Source: Promethearchaeota archaeon (GTDB lineage Archaea; Asgardarchaeota; Lokiarchaeia; Sigyniarchaeales; SOKP01). From it: DNA of 64,000 bases. Location of the stretch: contig JBHLOC010000019.1 in the NCBI GenBank assembly GCA_048940925.1, positions 21,977 to 85,976 on the forward strand, written 5' to 3'. The translations under genes were made by a program, and so were the position numbers. The notes below the pieces were generated by a model. It did no database searches, was not told where the DNA came from, and saw only the letters and a program-made list of their open reading frames with translations. Numbering within the stretch: the first letter of the stretch is position 1; each line of letters begins with the position of its first letter. Below are positions 28,688-39,068 of the stretch, in pieces.

Positions 28688-28863
28688 ATTAATATTACAT
28701 TGGAATAGATTTTAATATGTTATAATTATAAACTAGAAAGTATCGAGGTTCTATTAAAACCTTATATAAATTTTTACTTAAGATAATACATAAATTAGAA
28801 GTTAGGCATAATAATTTATATTGAATTATAGATAGTTATTATTATTCAAAAACCATTTATATT

Positions 28864-29910
28864 GTGAATTCTATGAAATCTGTGGAAGTAGCGGGAGTTG
28901 AATATGAAATTCAAAATGGGTTTCTCGATTTAGGTTTATTAGGTATAAAAAATATTACTGAAATAATAGGTTTATCAAAGCTTAAAGGTCTCAAAAACTT
29001 AGAACTCAGTTCAAATGACATAACCTATATCAACGGGTTAGAGGATCTTACAGAATTAGAAATCCTCAATCTAGGTAGTAATAACATAATTGAAATAAAG
29101 GGATTTGATTCTTTAGTTAATCTAAAAATTTTACATTTAATAACCAATCAAATAAAAGACATTAAAGGATTAGAAAACTTAATTAACTTAAAAGAATTGT
29201 ATCTTAGGGGAAATCAAATAAAAGAAATAAGAGGATTGGAAAATCTTAATTCTCTTGAACGATTAGATTTATCTTGGAATGAAATTTCAGAAATTAAGGG
29301 ACTTGAAAGCCTAGTAAATCTTAAAGTTCTATGGATCGCAAGTAATCAAGTACTTAATATAAATAATTTGGAACACTTGGAAAAATTAGAAGTATTAAAT
29401 CTTGCTGGAAATCAAATTTCTAAATTAGAAGGGTTAGAAAATCTAAAAAATTTAAAGAGTCTTTATCTAAATAATAATTCAATTCAAGAAGTAGAAGGTT
29501 TAGATTCTTTAAATAATTTAGAAACATTATGGTTGAATACAAATCACCTATCGGATATTAAAGGATTAGAGAATTGTATAAAATTGAAAATTTTAAATTT
29601 AAAACAAAACAACATAAAACATATTAAAGGATTATATCCACTGACAGAATTAGAAAATCTATTTCTTTCTGAAAATAATATCGGTGAGATAAAAGGTCTT
29701 GAAACTTTAACAAAATTAGAAACACTTGATTTAAATCAAAACCGTATTATACAGATAAAGGGTTTAGAATCTTTACTAAACTTAAAAGATTTATGGCTTA
29801 AGGATAATTTAATTCCAGAAAAGATTTTAGACCAGTTGGGAGGATTAGATTCAGGGGGATGTGCGATTGATCCCCTTAAATTTGTCCAATATTGTCTTGT
29901 AAATCTATAA
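28864..29910 (+). CDS. Leucine-rich repeat protein, SDS22-like 22-residue repeats
   Basis: About 13 units of LxxLxLxxNxIxxIxGLExLxN. Confidence 0.93.
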   Translation: MNSMKSVEVAGVEYEIQNGFLDLGLLGIKNITEIIGLSKLKGLKNLELSSNDITYINGLEDLTELEILNLGSNNIIEIKGFDSLVNLKILHLITNQIKDIKGLENLINLKELYLRGNQIKEIRGLENLNSLERLDLSWNEISEIKGLESLVNLKVLWIASNQVLNINNLEHLEKLEVLNLAGNQISKLEGLENLKNLKSLYLNNNSIQEVEGLDSLNNLETLWLNTNHLSDIKGLENCIKLKILNLKQNNIKHIKGLYPLTELENLFLSENNIGEIKGLETLTKLETLDLNQNRIIQIKGLESLLNLKDLWLKDNLIPEKILDQLGGLDSGGCAIDPLKFVQYCLVNL

Positions 29911-30073
29911 TTTTAATAGTGAGACAACATTTTTTTAGTTTTTATTATATTCCGCTTCAGTAATAATTTTATTTCCAAACTCTTACGATTTTTAAAAAGT
30001 TATATATTTTATTTTAAAAAATACATTAATTAGATCAATTTAAAATTAGTTTTCTTTAAAAAGGTAAAAACTG

Positions 30074-31324
30074 ATGAAACTAAATGCTTTTGATGTGGCT
30101 AGAAAGCAAATTGATATTGTAGCTGAAGAAATAGGATTAGATCCCAATATCACAAAATATATCAAGAGAGTAGAGCGATCATTAATAGTTACTATTCCAA
30201 TTGTTATGGATGATGGGAGACTTGAGATTTTCGAAGGATATCGTGTTCATCATTCAACTGTTAGAGGGCCTGGAAAAGGAGGTATGAGATTTTCCCCAGA
30301 AGTCACATTAGATGAGGTTAAAGCTTTAGCTACATGGATGACATGGAAATGTAGTCTTTTGAATTTGCCCTTAGGTGGTGCTAAGGGAGGTGTTTGTGTA
30401 GATCCTAGAAAATTATCAAGAAACGAAATAGAACGCCTTACAAGACGATATACTTCTGAGATAATTAATATCATAGGACCTGATATTGATATTCCAGCTC
30501 CAGATGTGAATACTAATGCTCAAGTAATGGCCTGGATGATGGATACATATAGTATGAACAAAGGAAGGTCTATCCCAGGAGTTGTAACTGGAAAACCTAT
30601 AGAAATAGGAGGATCAGTCGGAAGGGATTCAGCAACAGGAATGGGATTATTTTATGTGTTAAACGCTATGTGTGAAAAAATAAAAATCGATTTAAAAACC
30701 CAATCAATAATTATTCAAGGGTTTGGTAATGTGGGGGGATGGATTGCACATATATTATTTGAATATGGGTGCAAAATATTAGCAGTATCAGATATTTCAG
30801 GGGGATTATATTGTTCAGATGGATTAGAAATAGAAAAATTATTAGAATGGACTCAACATGGCAAATATTTAAAAGATTATAAAGATAAGAGATATAAACT
30901 AATTACAAATGAAGAATTACTTACAAGTGAATGTGATGTTTTAATCCCTGCTGCTCTTGAAAATCAAATTACGAGAGATAATGCAATAGATATAAAATGT
31001 AAAATTGTATTAGAAGGAGCTAATGGTCCAACCACACCAGAAGCAGATAAGATTCTCTTTGATAAGGGTACACATATCCTTCCTGATATCTTAGCTAACG
31101 CCGGTGGTGTTTGTGTATCTTATTTCGAATATGTCCAAGATATTCGCGCCTACTTTTGGGATTTAGATAGAATTAATAAAGAATTGAAAAAAATTATTAT
31201 CAGGGCATTTGAAGAGGTATATACACTTTCAAAACAAAGAAATATTTCACTTCGTACAGCTGCATATGTTATTGCTGTAACAAGAATCGCAAAAGCAATT
31301 GAGTTAAGAGGATTCTTTCCTTAA
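30074..31324 (+). CDS. gdhA: Glu/Leu/Phe/Val dehydrogenase family, glutamate dehydrogenase
   Basis: GPGKGG.R, MTWKC, GGAKGG, PAPDVNT, TGKP...GGS.GR..ATG, QGFGNVG, EGANGPTT, NAGGV.VSYFE. Confidence 0.95.
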   Translation: MKLNAFDVARKQIDIVAEEIGLDPNITKYIKRVERSLIVTIPIVMDDGRLEIFEGYRVHHSTVRGPGKGGMRFSPEVTLDEVKALATWMTWKCSLLNLPLGGAKGGVCVDPRKLSRNEIERLTRRYTSEIINIIGPDIDIPAPDVNTNAQVMAWMMDTYSMNKGRSIPGVVTGKPIEIGGSVGRDSATGMGLFYVLNAMCEKIKIDLKTQSIIIQGFGNVGGWIAHILFEYGCKILAVSDISGGLYCSDGLEIEKLLEWTQHGKYLKDYKDKRYKLITNEELLTSECDVLIPAALENQITRDNAIDIKCKIVLEGANGPTTPEADKILFDKGTHILPDILANAGGVCVSYFEYVQDIRAYFWDLDRINKELKKIIIRAFEEVYTLSKQRNISLRTAAYVIAVTRIAKAIELRGFFP

Positions 31325-31446
31325 AACAGAATTTTTATACAATAATTTAAAAAAAAGTTTTTAAAGAATTAATCTAAATCCATATTAATTTTAATTTGTA
31401 AACAATTAAAGTCAATGGAAAAGAGCATACGAGGTTTAATCTTAAA

Positions 31447-31815
31447 ATGATATTTGCTTGGTGGGATTTAGGTTTAGGTATAACTGGACTTATCATATTT
31501 ATTATACTTGTTATTGTTATTTCGCTAATTTTTGAAACTATATTTCTGAAAATTTCATTGAGTTTATTTAAAGCAAAGCATACGGATTTTGGAGAAGTAT
31601 TTGTAACAGCATTAATTAATGCTTTGCTTGGTTGGATCCCATGTATCGGATGTATTTTAAGTTGGGTAGTTATTAATTCACGACATGATACTGGATTTGG
31701 AACAGCAATAGTTGTATGGCTTCTAGCGATTATAATAGGATTAGTCATTACGGTCCTTATATTAATAGCCATTCTAGGTCTATTTGGTATAGCTTTAACT
31801 TTACCTTGGCCTTAA
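31447..31815 (+). CDS. Small multi-TM membrane protein
   Basis: 122 aa, strongly hydrophobic, WIPCIGCIL motif. Confidence 0.7.
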   Translation: MIFAWWDLGLGITGLIIFIILVIVISLIFETIFLKISLSLFKAKHTDFGEVFVTALINALLGWIPCIGCILSWVVINSRHDTGFGTAIVVWLLAIIIGLVITVLILIAILGLFGIALTLPWP

Positions 31816-31877
31816 ATAAATTAATAAATAAATTTTTTATCTTTCTTTTAATTTTATTTTTTTTATCAACAATGATA

Positions 31878-32498
31878 TTATGAATTCCTCTCATTTTTTT
31901 TCGACAGGTCAAATAAATTTGGAAGATTATTAGCCTTACAATATTCAAAAAGTAATTTGAATCCTGGGCAATTCTCCCAATCAAGTGAAAATTCACATTT
32001 TTTACAAGTCCTATATAAGCTAAATGCATGATAAGCATTCACTAAAGCTAATGCTATGCCAAATATAAGAAAAAATAATAAAAAATTAATAAAGAAATGA
32101 TTCGGTAATGTAAAAATCCACCAAAATAAAAAGGCTCCTCCAAGATTGAACAAAATCTTTTGAACAATTTTTATAACTTTGATCCTTGTAAATTTTAGAG
32201 GGCTAAGAAGGAAAGTGGACATTAAAATTATACCTGTAGTAAACAGTAGGGTTGATCCCATAACACTGATCAGATTTAAAAAGAAAATTAAAAGAACTCC
32301 CATTATAGCAACTGGATATCCAATAAAACATCCAATACAAAAGCGATATTTTCCAATTTTAAAAGTATGTTCTTTAAATTCTTTACAATTTGGGTGATGG
32401 CTTAAAATAATTGGCTTAAGACTTCGTATATACAAAATAAGTTTTTGTATTAATCTAATGTTATTATTTTTATTAGAATTTAAATTTAGATCCGACAA
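31878..32498 (-). CDS. Cys/His-motif membrane protein (DUF2085-like)
   Basis: LSHHPNC...FKIGKYRFCIGCFIG, four TM, C-terminal CKKC...CPGF. Confidence 0.65.
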   Translation of the reverse strand: MSDLNLNSNKNNNIRLIQKLILYIRSLKPIILSHHPNCKEFKEHTFKIGKYRFCIGCFIGYPVAIMGVLLIFFLNLISVMGSTLLFTTGIILMSTFLLSPLKFTRIKVIKIVQKILFNLGGAFLFWWIFTLPNHFFINFLLFFLIFGIALALVNAYHAFSLYRTCKKCEFSLDWENCPGFKLLFEYCKANNLPNLFDLSKKNERNS

Positions 32499-32647
32499 AT
32501 TTTAATCATCAATTATTTTTAAATTAAACTTTTTATGAGAGTTACTCGTCCTAAGGGTTGAATTAATATTATATTATAACATTTAAGTCATTAAAAGGTT
32601 TTAATATAAAAAAAAAAAAAGAATGAAAATAAGTTTTAATATATTTT

Positions 32648-33733
32648 TTAACTACTCTTCCCATCTATATTTATATTTCCTGTTGTAGTCTCCAAATCAA
32701 GGGTGTAAGTATAATTAGCACTACTATAATCAAGAGAACGAAATGCAGTAGTTCCTATAACTTCAAATCCTCCTGAGTTAGAAGGTTTAAAACTTCCTGT
32801 TGTCATAGTGCCTGAAAATGAAGCACCTACTGTGGATAGATTGTCTATATAATCTATATTTATATTGCCTGTAGTCACTTCCCAATTACCTTGAATATTT
32901 CCTCCCAGATCTACATTTTGAATAATACTACAATGGATACTTCCTGTTGTTGTAGTGAGATCCCAGGTTGAATCACCAGTTATTCTGGTATTATAAGAAT
33001 TAAAATATAAATTACCAGTGGTTACCTCTCCATCTATTTTACCTCCAAGTAAACAACTAGATAGATTCAATCTTAGATTACCTGTAGTAGCCTCCGCAAT
33101 TATACCTGATGTTAAATTAACTTTTTTAGCGTAAATACTTGGATTACCTGTTGTAGCTTCAACTTGAAAATTCCCAATCGATAGTTCTTCTAAAGATGTT
33201 ATTGAATTTCCAGTAGTTGTTTCAATATATAGAGAATCAACATCTGAGTTTTTAGGAATTGTGGTTACAACATTCCCTGTAGTAGCATATATTTCAAGTG
33301 CATATTTAATATCAGATCTAAGCGTTACCTCAATTTCGATTTGTTTTACTGAAAACCACGTAGAAGGATCAATCCAAAGATCTCGTTTAGTTCTTAAATA
33401 AAAAACTGTTTTGTCGTCAGAAGTTAAATTGTGCCATTCAATTGTAAAAAAATCCGAAAATGACTTTTCTATCATGTAAGTTCCCTTAACTTTAACTTCA
33501 TAATCAATTTTAGCTAAATAAGGGGTTGCAGAAGTGTTATAATTAATATCAATATTTCCTACATCTGTCCGTATAACAATAGGTTCTGGATCTGAAGCCG
33601 TTGTGGGCTGATAATAACGAGTGCCAGATGATTCTATTGTTCCTTGAGTAAGAAAACCAATTAAGAAAAAAGTTCCTAATGCTCCGACAATTATAACTGC
33701 TAGAACAATTCCAATAACTTTACCTTTTCCCAT
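32648..33733 (-). CDS. Membrane-anchored DUF4097/adhesin-like beta-solenoid protein
   Basis: N-terminal TM, then repeated (A/T/V)TTGN units. Confidence 0.75.
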   Translation of the reverse strand: MGKGKVIGIVLAVIIVGALGTFFLIGFLTQGTIESSGTRYYQPTTASDPEPIVIRTDVGNIDINYNTSATPYLAKIDYEVKVKGTYMIEKSFSDFFTIEWHNLTSDDKTVFYLRTKRDLWIDPSTWFSVKQIEIEVTLRSDIKYALEIYATTGNVVTTIPKNSDVDSLYIETTTGNSITSLEELSIGNFQVEATTGNPSIYAKKVNLTSGIIAEATTGNLRLNLSSCLLGGKIDGEVTTGNLYFNSYNTRITGDSTWDLTTTTGSIHCSIIQNVDLGGNIQGNWEVTTGNINIDYIDNLSTVGASFSGTMTTGSFKPSNSGGFEVIGTTAFRSLDYSSANYTYTLDLETTTGNINIDGKSS

Positions 33734-33842
33734 TTTTCTAAATCACTTTTTTTTATAGATTTATTTATATAAATATTTCTATTCATATATAAAACAAATT
33801 TAGTCTAATTTTTGTAAAATAGAAAAAATTAAAAGATTCCTT

Positions 33843-34355
33843 TTATAATTTATTGATTATTGATCGAGCAAAATTTTTAGCATTTTCAAGGTCTTCTTCA
33901 TTAGGTCTTCCTTTAAGCCATTTTTTGTGTTCTTCAGCTTCTTTTCGCTTCTCAGGTGGTATCCTTTCTAACATTGCTTTTTGAATTTCTTCAGATATAC
34001 CAATATTATCTCCACAACAATCAAACTCTGCTATTATACTTGAAGAATCCCCAATCTTTCTTTTCACTACTTTAAATCCATCCTGGTAACCCACTTTACT
34101 CGCATGAGTATTAAAAAATACAAATTTGGATGGTAATTCTTGAGCAGCAACTATTAAATCTGAAAGTGATTTGTGCACTCGACTAGCATAAATACCTGAT
34201 CCTAGAAACACGAGATCATATAACTTTAATTTAGTTGGTTCAATTTCATTAACAGGAAGGAGATCTACTTGATGTCCTGTTATACCCTTTTTTATAGCTT
34301 TAGCAATTTTCTCTGTATTACCTGTTTGGGAGAAATATGATACTAAAATTTTCAT
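33843..34355 (-). CDS. Flavodoxin family protein
   Basis: YFSQTGNTEKIA FMN-phosphate loop; YDLVFLGSGIY; GRPNEEDLENAKNFA. Confidence 0.9.
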   Translation of the reverse strand: MKILVSYFSQTGNTEKIAKAIKKGITGHQVDLLPVNEIEPTKLKLYDLVFLGSGIYASRVHKSLSDLIVAAQELPSKFVFFNTHASKVGYQDGFKVVKRKIGDSSSIIAEFDCCGDNIGISEEIQKAMLERIPPEKRKEAEEHKKWLKGRPNEEDLENAKNFARSIINKL

Positions 34356-34428
34356 TAATTACACCTTTTCAGGTTTTTTATACAAAATTAGTTTAAGTAA
34401 TTGAAAATAAAATTTCTTTTTAATATTT

Positions 34429-35343
34429 TTAATACGTTATTTTTAAACTAAAAAATTTTTTAGCATTTTCAACTGTTATTTCACTTACCTGTCTTTGAGA
34501 TATTTTATGAGAAAAAGCAATAGCTGCTATGCCATACCTTACATTAGAAGGGACATTTATAGGTCCTCTTTTATATGGATGTTGATAATATGCATCTGTT
34601 TCCGTAACAAGCGATTCCAATTTAGAGAATCTTGATGCCTTGCGCCATCGGTCAAATCCATAAGCAGAACTTGGCACAGAAAGCATAAAACCTTGATTAG
34701 ATAATGTTTTACTATATTCCTCCGGTCCTGAAAAACAGTGCCATAAGACTCTTTTAGGACTTATATTATATTCTTTTAAAATTCTGAGAATTTCTTTATT
34801 AGCCCCATCTTTTTTATTGAATCTATGTTTTGGATTTTGTCTATCAAATTCATGTTCAGCAGCATTTCTTACATGCAAAATATAAGGCTTATCAAGGTTT
34901 TTTGTTAGATCTAGTATTTGCCTAAAAACATCCACTTGATGGTTTCTCTTAGCTAGTGTTTTTGCATGATGAAAATCTAATCCGATTTCTCCTATTCCTA
35001 AATATTCATCTGAGTTATTTAAGATAAAATTAATCCAGTTTTGCCATTCTGACTCATATTTGTTTTTAGGAGTATAAGTTACCGTCTGAGGGGCCCAGCC
35101 ACATGTAAACCCGAAACCGAAATTATTTTCAAGATTTTTAATAAAACTTTGAGTAAGTTTTAACGTATGAATATCTATTGTGCTTGTAATCAGGTATTGA
35201 CCACCCATTTTAAAAAAATTCTTATACTGTTCCCTATCTGAAGGTAAGTGATCATTTTTAGGTCGTGGAAAAGGTAAGTGACAATGAACGTCAATAAAAT
35301 GGAGTCCTTCCTCAGGTTCAGGAACAATAATCTTTCTCGGCAT
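34429..35343 (-). CDS. tatD: TatD-family metallo-hydrolase/nuclease
   Basis: IDVHCHL, GIGEIGLDF, LHVR, WHCFSG, TETDA, ENAKKFF. Confidence 0.85.
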   Translation of the reverse strand: MPRKIIVPEPEEGLHFIDVHCHLPFPRPKNDHLPSDREQYKNFFKMGGQYLITSTIDIHTLKLTQSFIKNLENNFGFGFTCGWAPQTVTYTPKNKYESEWQNWINFILNNSDEYLGIGEIGLDFHHAKTLAKRNHQVDVFRQILDLTKNLDKPYILHVRNAAEHEFDRQNPKHRFNKKDGANKEILRILKEYNISPKRVLWHCFSGPEEYSKTLSNQGFMLSVPSSAYGFDRWRKASRFSKLESLVTETDAYYQHPYKRGPINVPSNVRYGIAAIAFSHKISQRQVSEITVENAKKFFSLKITY

Positions 35344-35464
35344 ATTAATCTATTACAATATTCCAGCTATCTTTAATATTTGAAAATAAACTTACGATCT
35401 ATTTTTTTTAATCTTGTATGGCTTATAATAATTCTTTAAATAAAGCCTTTTATTTAAGAGTATT

Positions 35465-35878
35465 ATGATTGATCAACTAAACTCTAAACTTGAAGATTTA
35501 GAATTAAAAAAGCAAGATATAAAGCCTAAGATTGATGAGATTAATGCTAGAAGGGAAAAAGAACTCCAAGATGTAAATAAAAAATATGACCACTTGATTT
35601 CTGAAATTAGTTTTGAGATTGAAAAATTAGAGAATGATCTTAATAATGAACTAATTCAATCTTTTGAGGAAGCAATAATGCAAGAATTTGATGCTAAGAG
35701 AAGTAATTCAATGTATGAAGTTACTTCTGTATTTAAAGAATATCGAAACTCAATAACTAAATTTAGTATGTTTCCTAAAGAATTACTTGAGAAGTTAGAT
35801 AAAATAATAGAAGGTGATCTTATAGATAATCTTGCTTATAATCTTGAAAATATCAAAGCAAAATATATGAAATCCTAA
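35465..35878 (+). CDS. Hypothetical coiled-coil protein
   Basis: 137 aa, helical, E/K-rich. Confidence 0.75.
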   Translation: MIDQLNSKLEDLELKKQDIKPKIDEINARREKELQDVNKKYDHLISEISFEIEKLENDLNNELIQSFEEAIMQEFDAKRSNSMYEVTSVFKEYRNSITKFSMFPKELLEKLDKIIEGDLIDNLAYNLENIKAKYMKS

Positions 35879-36128
35879 ACTTCTCAGTCTTATATTTAAA
35901 GATACTATTAAAAGATAGTACTAGTTTTATTTTAACTAAAAGATTATAAATAGTGGATATTCGAATATGATGATAATTGTGGTCTGAGTAAAAATCAATC
36001 AATTTTTTCCGTGATTTTGGAGCAGAGATCTGAATTCGAATATCCTAAATATTATCTCGATATTACACTGATAAATATGTTGTATTGAATCTCTTGGAAT
36101 ATAGGAAAATAGATGAGGTAATAACAAA

Positions 36129-36272
36129 TTGGAACTTTTTGAAGAAGAAGTTGAGATATATAATTCTAAATTACGAGCTCTAAACTGGCTGTACAATGAA
36201 CTAAAGCTCCAACCAGATAGTCTAAGAGAAATTATTAATGAAATGGGTCAGAAATTACCAATTAATCTTTAG
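36129..36272 (+). CDS. Possible small ORF or gene remnant (47 aa)
   Basis: GAGGT 9 nt before TTG; LELFEEEVEIYNSKLRALNWLYNELKLQPDSLREIINEMGQKLPINL*; upstream frame has stops. Confidence 0.3.
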   Translation: MELFEEEVEIYNSKLRALNWLYNELKLQPDSLREIINEMGQKLPINL

Positions 36273-36279
36273 AATACAA

Positions 36280-36843
36280 TTAATTCTTCTTAAAGTACAT
36301 CTTAATTACTACTCTTATTATTTCTTCGATCTTTTTAAGACAAATAGAGAATTCTAAATTCTGAGGTATATGAATAAAAACTACGGGATATTTATTCTTA
36401 GCGAAAATAAGTGCCCAGTAATAAATATAATTACACATATAAGTTCCTGCAAAATAGGATATTGAAACATTTGTCTTATCCTTAAGATTAAAATACAATT
36501 CATTTACATCTAAAATGGTTTTTTTGTAAAGTGGAAATCTCCACCTAATGAACCCAAATTTAACTTTTCTCTCGACATCTTTACCAAATACTACATTCCA
36601 ACCATACTTTTCTATATTTATACGACTTTCCGAATGAATACCTAACAAAAACACTAACTCAAGTTGTGAACTTAACATTTCAATCGTGTGTCTATAATAT
36701 TCTTTACTCTTCTTCCAACTAACAGGTAATATCCTTTTTATTATATTGTAATTGTTGATTTCTGACGCAATTTTTCTTGTAATTTCACAGCTAAGATTTT
36801 TTGTAATATTTCCAAATGGCCCAAAACCAGTTAATAATATCAA
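36280..36843 (-). CDS. pcp: Pyroglutamyl-peptidase I (C15) family
   Basis: ILLTGFGPFG...NLS, LPVSW, INIEK (Glu), AGTYMCN (Cys), FIHIP (His). Confidence 0.85.
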   Translation of the reverse strand: MILLTGFGPFGNITKNLSCEITRKIASEINNYNIIKRILPVSWKKSKEYYRHTIEMLSSQLELVFLLGIHSESRINIEKYGWNVVFGKDVERKVKFGFIRWRFPLYKKTILDVNELYFNLKDKTNVSISYFAGTYMCNYIYYWALIFAKNKYPVVFIHIPQNLEFSICLKKIEEIIRVVIKMYFKKN

Positions 36844-36924
36844 TAGTTAAGCCCAAAATATCATTTATTCAAAAAATTAAGAATTTAATAAATAAAAAAA
36901 AAAATACTGTAGGAATTAAAGAGC

Positions 36925-37362
36925 TTATTCTTCTGCTGCTCTCGCAGCTTCAGCTGCTGCTCTTGCCTTTTCTTTTTCTATAGCATTTAATTGCTTTTGT
37001 AAGGATTTAATTTCTACTTGCACTTCTTTAATTTTTGTCTTCTTTTCTCCGGTAATTTCTTTTAATTTTAGGTTTAATGCTTTTTCTTTCTCCTTTTTAA
37101 GAGTAGAAAGTTCTTTACTTGCTTCTTTAGCAGCAGTTGTTTTTGCTTTCTTTTTCGCTGTCCAATCTGCTGCTTTTTCTATAGCTTCATCTCGTAGAGA
37201 CTCTTCTTCTGCTAATTTGGCTTCAGCAGCATCAATTTTTGGATTAAATTCTCCTTCAATTTCCGTTTCTGCTGATGCTTCCTTCTTTGAAGCATCCTCT
37301 TCAATTCGAGTTATTTCATCTTCTTTGGCACTAATTTGGCCTCTAATATTTTCTTCAGACAT
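36925..37362 (-). CDS. Ala/Glu/Lys-rich coiled-coil protein
   Basis: 145 aa heptad-rich. Confidence 0.78.
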   Translation of the reverse strand: MSEENIRGQISAKEDEITRIEEDASKKEASAETEIEGEFNPKIDAAEAKLAEEESLRDEAIEKAADWTAKKKAKTTAAKEASKELSTLKKEKEKALNLKLKEITGEKKTKIKEVQVEIKSLQKQLNAIEKEKARAAAEAARAAEE

Positions 37363-37626
37363 AAAACATCAGTTTTAATTAATCTTTATAATTAATTTTT
37401 TTTTTTTTTGATATTTTTGTAAATTATTTAGTTATTATAAATTATTGGCTTGTTATAGTTGATTTAAGATAGGCATCTTTTTAAACTTTCTTTCCCCCAC
37501 TTTTTGAGAGTTTTCTATGTTTTCTATTCTCAGCTACTCCAAACTAATTTTACTCTGATCCTCAAATTTGGCGAGATCCAAACTAATTCGTATTGATTTC
37601 AACATGAACCATTCCTATGAATAGGA

Positions 37627-38177
37627 TTATACATTTTGTTTAATCGTAAATTCCCAAGCACACCAATAATTATCAGGGTGAGGATCTGGAGGACAGGCTA
37701 TACATTTTGTTTTAATTCTTGGGTCAATCGTTTTGGCAAAAAGGCCATACTCTATTATACCCACTTGCTTACAAGGAAAGTCTAGGAGTCCCCTTCGTTT
37801 TCTAGCAGATTGTACTCGGCAGTTATTCATTCTAAAAACACATTTTTTCTCTGTAACTTCAATGGTCTCTTGAATATTTATATTAGCATATATTCTATAT
37901 TTTAATGCTTTAATTAAAGCGGGAATTCCTCCATTTTCAGGAATATTAAATCGTTGCATAATTCTTTTAGCTTCTATTACAGTGAATCTCTTCCATTGTT
38001 TTACATCTAATTCAATAGCTTTATCAAGGCCATATTCTGATTCAACAACCTGAAACCAGGTTATAGGTTTAAAGGACTTCTTTAAAACTTTCCATCTATG
38101 GCTAGCCAGTTTTTAGAGATATCTTCAATATAATTCAATAATTCTTCCTTTGATAAATTTAACAAATCTTCTCTCAT
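37627..38177 (-). CDS. DUF6125-like protein, 173 aa after removal of a 29-nt intron (exon 1 38177-38090, exon 2 38060-37627)
   Basis: Exon 1 MREDLLNLSKEELLNYIEDISKNWLAIDG; joined codon ACC (T); exon 2 WFQVVESEYGLDKAIELD...CRVQSARKRRGLLDFPCKQVG...CPPDPHPDNYWCAWEF; the NWLAxDGxWF family motif forms only after removal. Confidence 0.85.
38061..38089 (-). other. Candidate bulge-helix-bulge (BHB) intron in a protein-coding gene
   Basis: AGTTTTAAAGAAGTCCTTTAAACCTATAA; central helix AUGG/CUAU, 3-nt bulges AAA and AAC, 8-bp intron stem; BHB cut sites coincide with frame-restoring boundaries. Confidence 0.8.
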
Positions 38178-38180
38178 AAT

Positions 38181-39068
38181 TCAATTCGAATGTTTTATTT
38201 TTTTATGAAAATTTTTCATACTTTTTGTATTTAATCTCTGGTCATATGAAGAAAATCTTTTACGTTTTCTTTGAAGACTTTCAGAGTAATTATCAAGCAA
38301 CTCATTAATGAGATTTCCACCTATATACATAATATAAGCACACCCCTTGTATATCTTATTTTTAACTTTAAAGAGAGATTCAACTTTTTTTGGATTATAT
38401 TGTATTTTGAATTTGTGTTTTAATTGTTTTAGGAACAATAAGCTAGCTGTGGTTATTCTAGTTGTATTAGCTGTTCCATCACCATCAAAAAATCCTAAAA
38501 GGAATGCTAAATATAGTGTTTTTAAATGAAATCTTGGCAATTTTATATGATAAGTTTTCCTTTTTCCTACGATCATTCCATGCCTGATTAAATGTTTGCA
38601 AAATCCATTTGAATTGATACTAATTCTCCAAAAATTACGTTCCTTCCTTTTTCTAATATATTTATTTTCAAAACCAATGATTTTTGATAATTTTAATAAA
38701 AGAATTTTATCTTTTAATGAAAAACCAATTTCAAAAGTTAATCGGTTATTAGATTTATAACTAATTGATCCATCAGCAAAAATAAGTCCTAAGAAATATG
38801 CTTTCTGCTTTGTATCAATATTTTCAAAATAATTAATCTTAATATTTGGATGATAAAAATAGATTTTATGATTTCTATCTCTAATTAAATGATTATCCTC
38901 ATACAAATTAAACAATTTAAGAACTTCTTGCGTTAAACATCGGTTTAATCTCAAATGTTGTTTCATTTTTGCTAAATCTTTCTTTGAAAAATAGTAATTA
39001 GGATTCTCTCTGCATATAGACATTTTATATTTAAAATAAGATTTATTTCGACTTACTAAAATTCCCAA
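38181..39068 (-). mobile_element. Free-standing two-motif LAGLIDADG homing endonuclease-like gene
   Basis: AYFLGLIFADGSI and AFLLGFFDGDGT motifs, very basic; frame stays open upstream to about 39182 with no ATG, so the start is uncertain. Confidence 0.85.

Noticed and set aside
37538-37590. Direct repeat TCCAAACTAATT twice downstream of the DUF6125 gene
   Set aside because: Only two copies with no array or element boundaries; cannot assign a function
38061-38089. Insertion as a simple frameshift error or MITE footprint
   Set aside because: It is not a homopolymer slip or a local duplication, has no clear target-site duplication, and its BHB geometry matches the frame-restoring boundaries; disfavoured but not fully excluded
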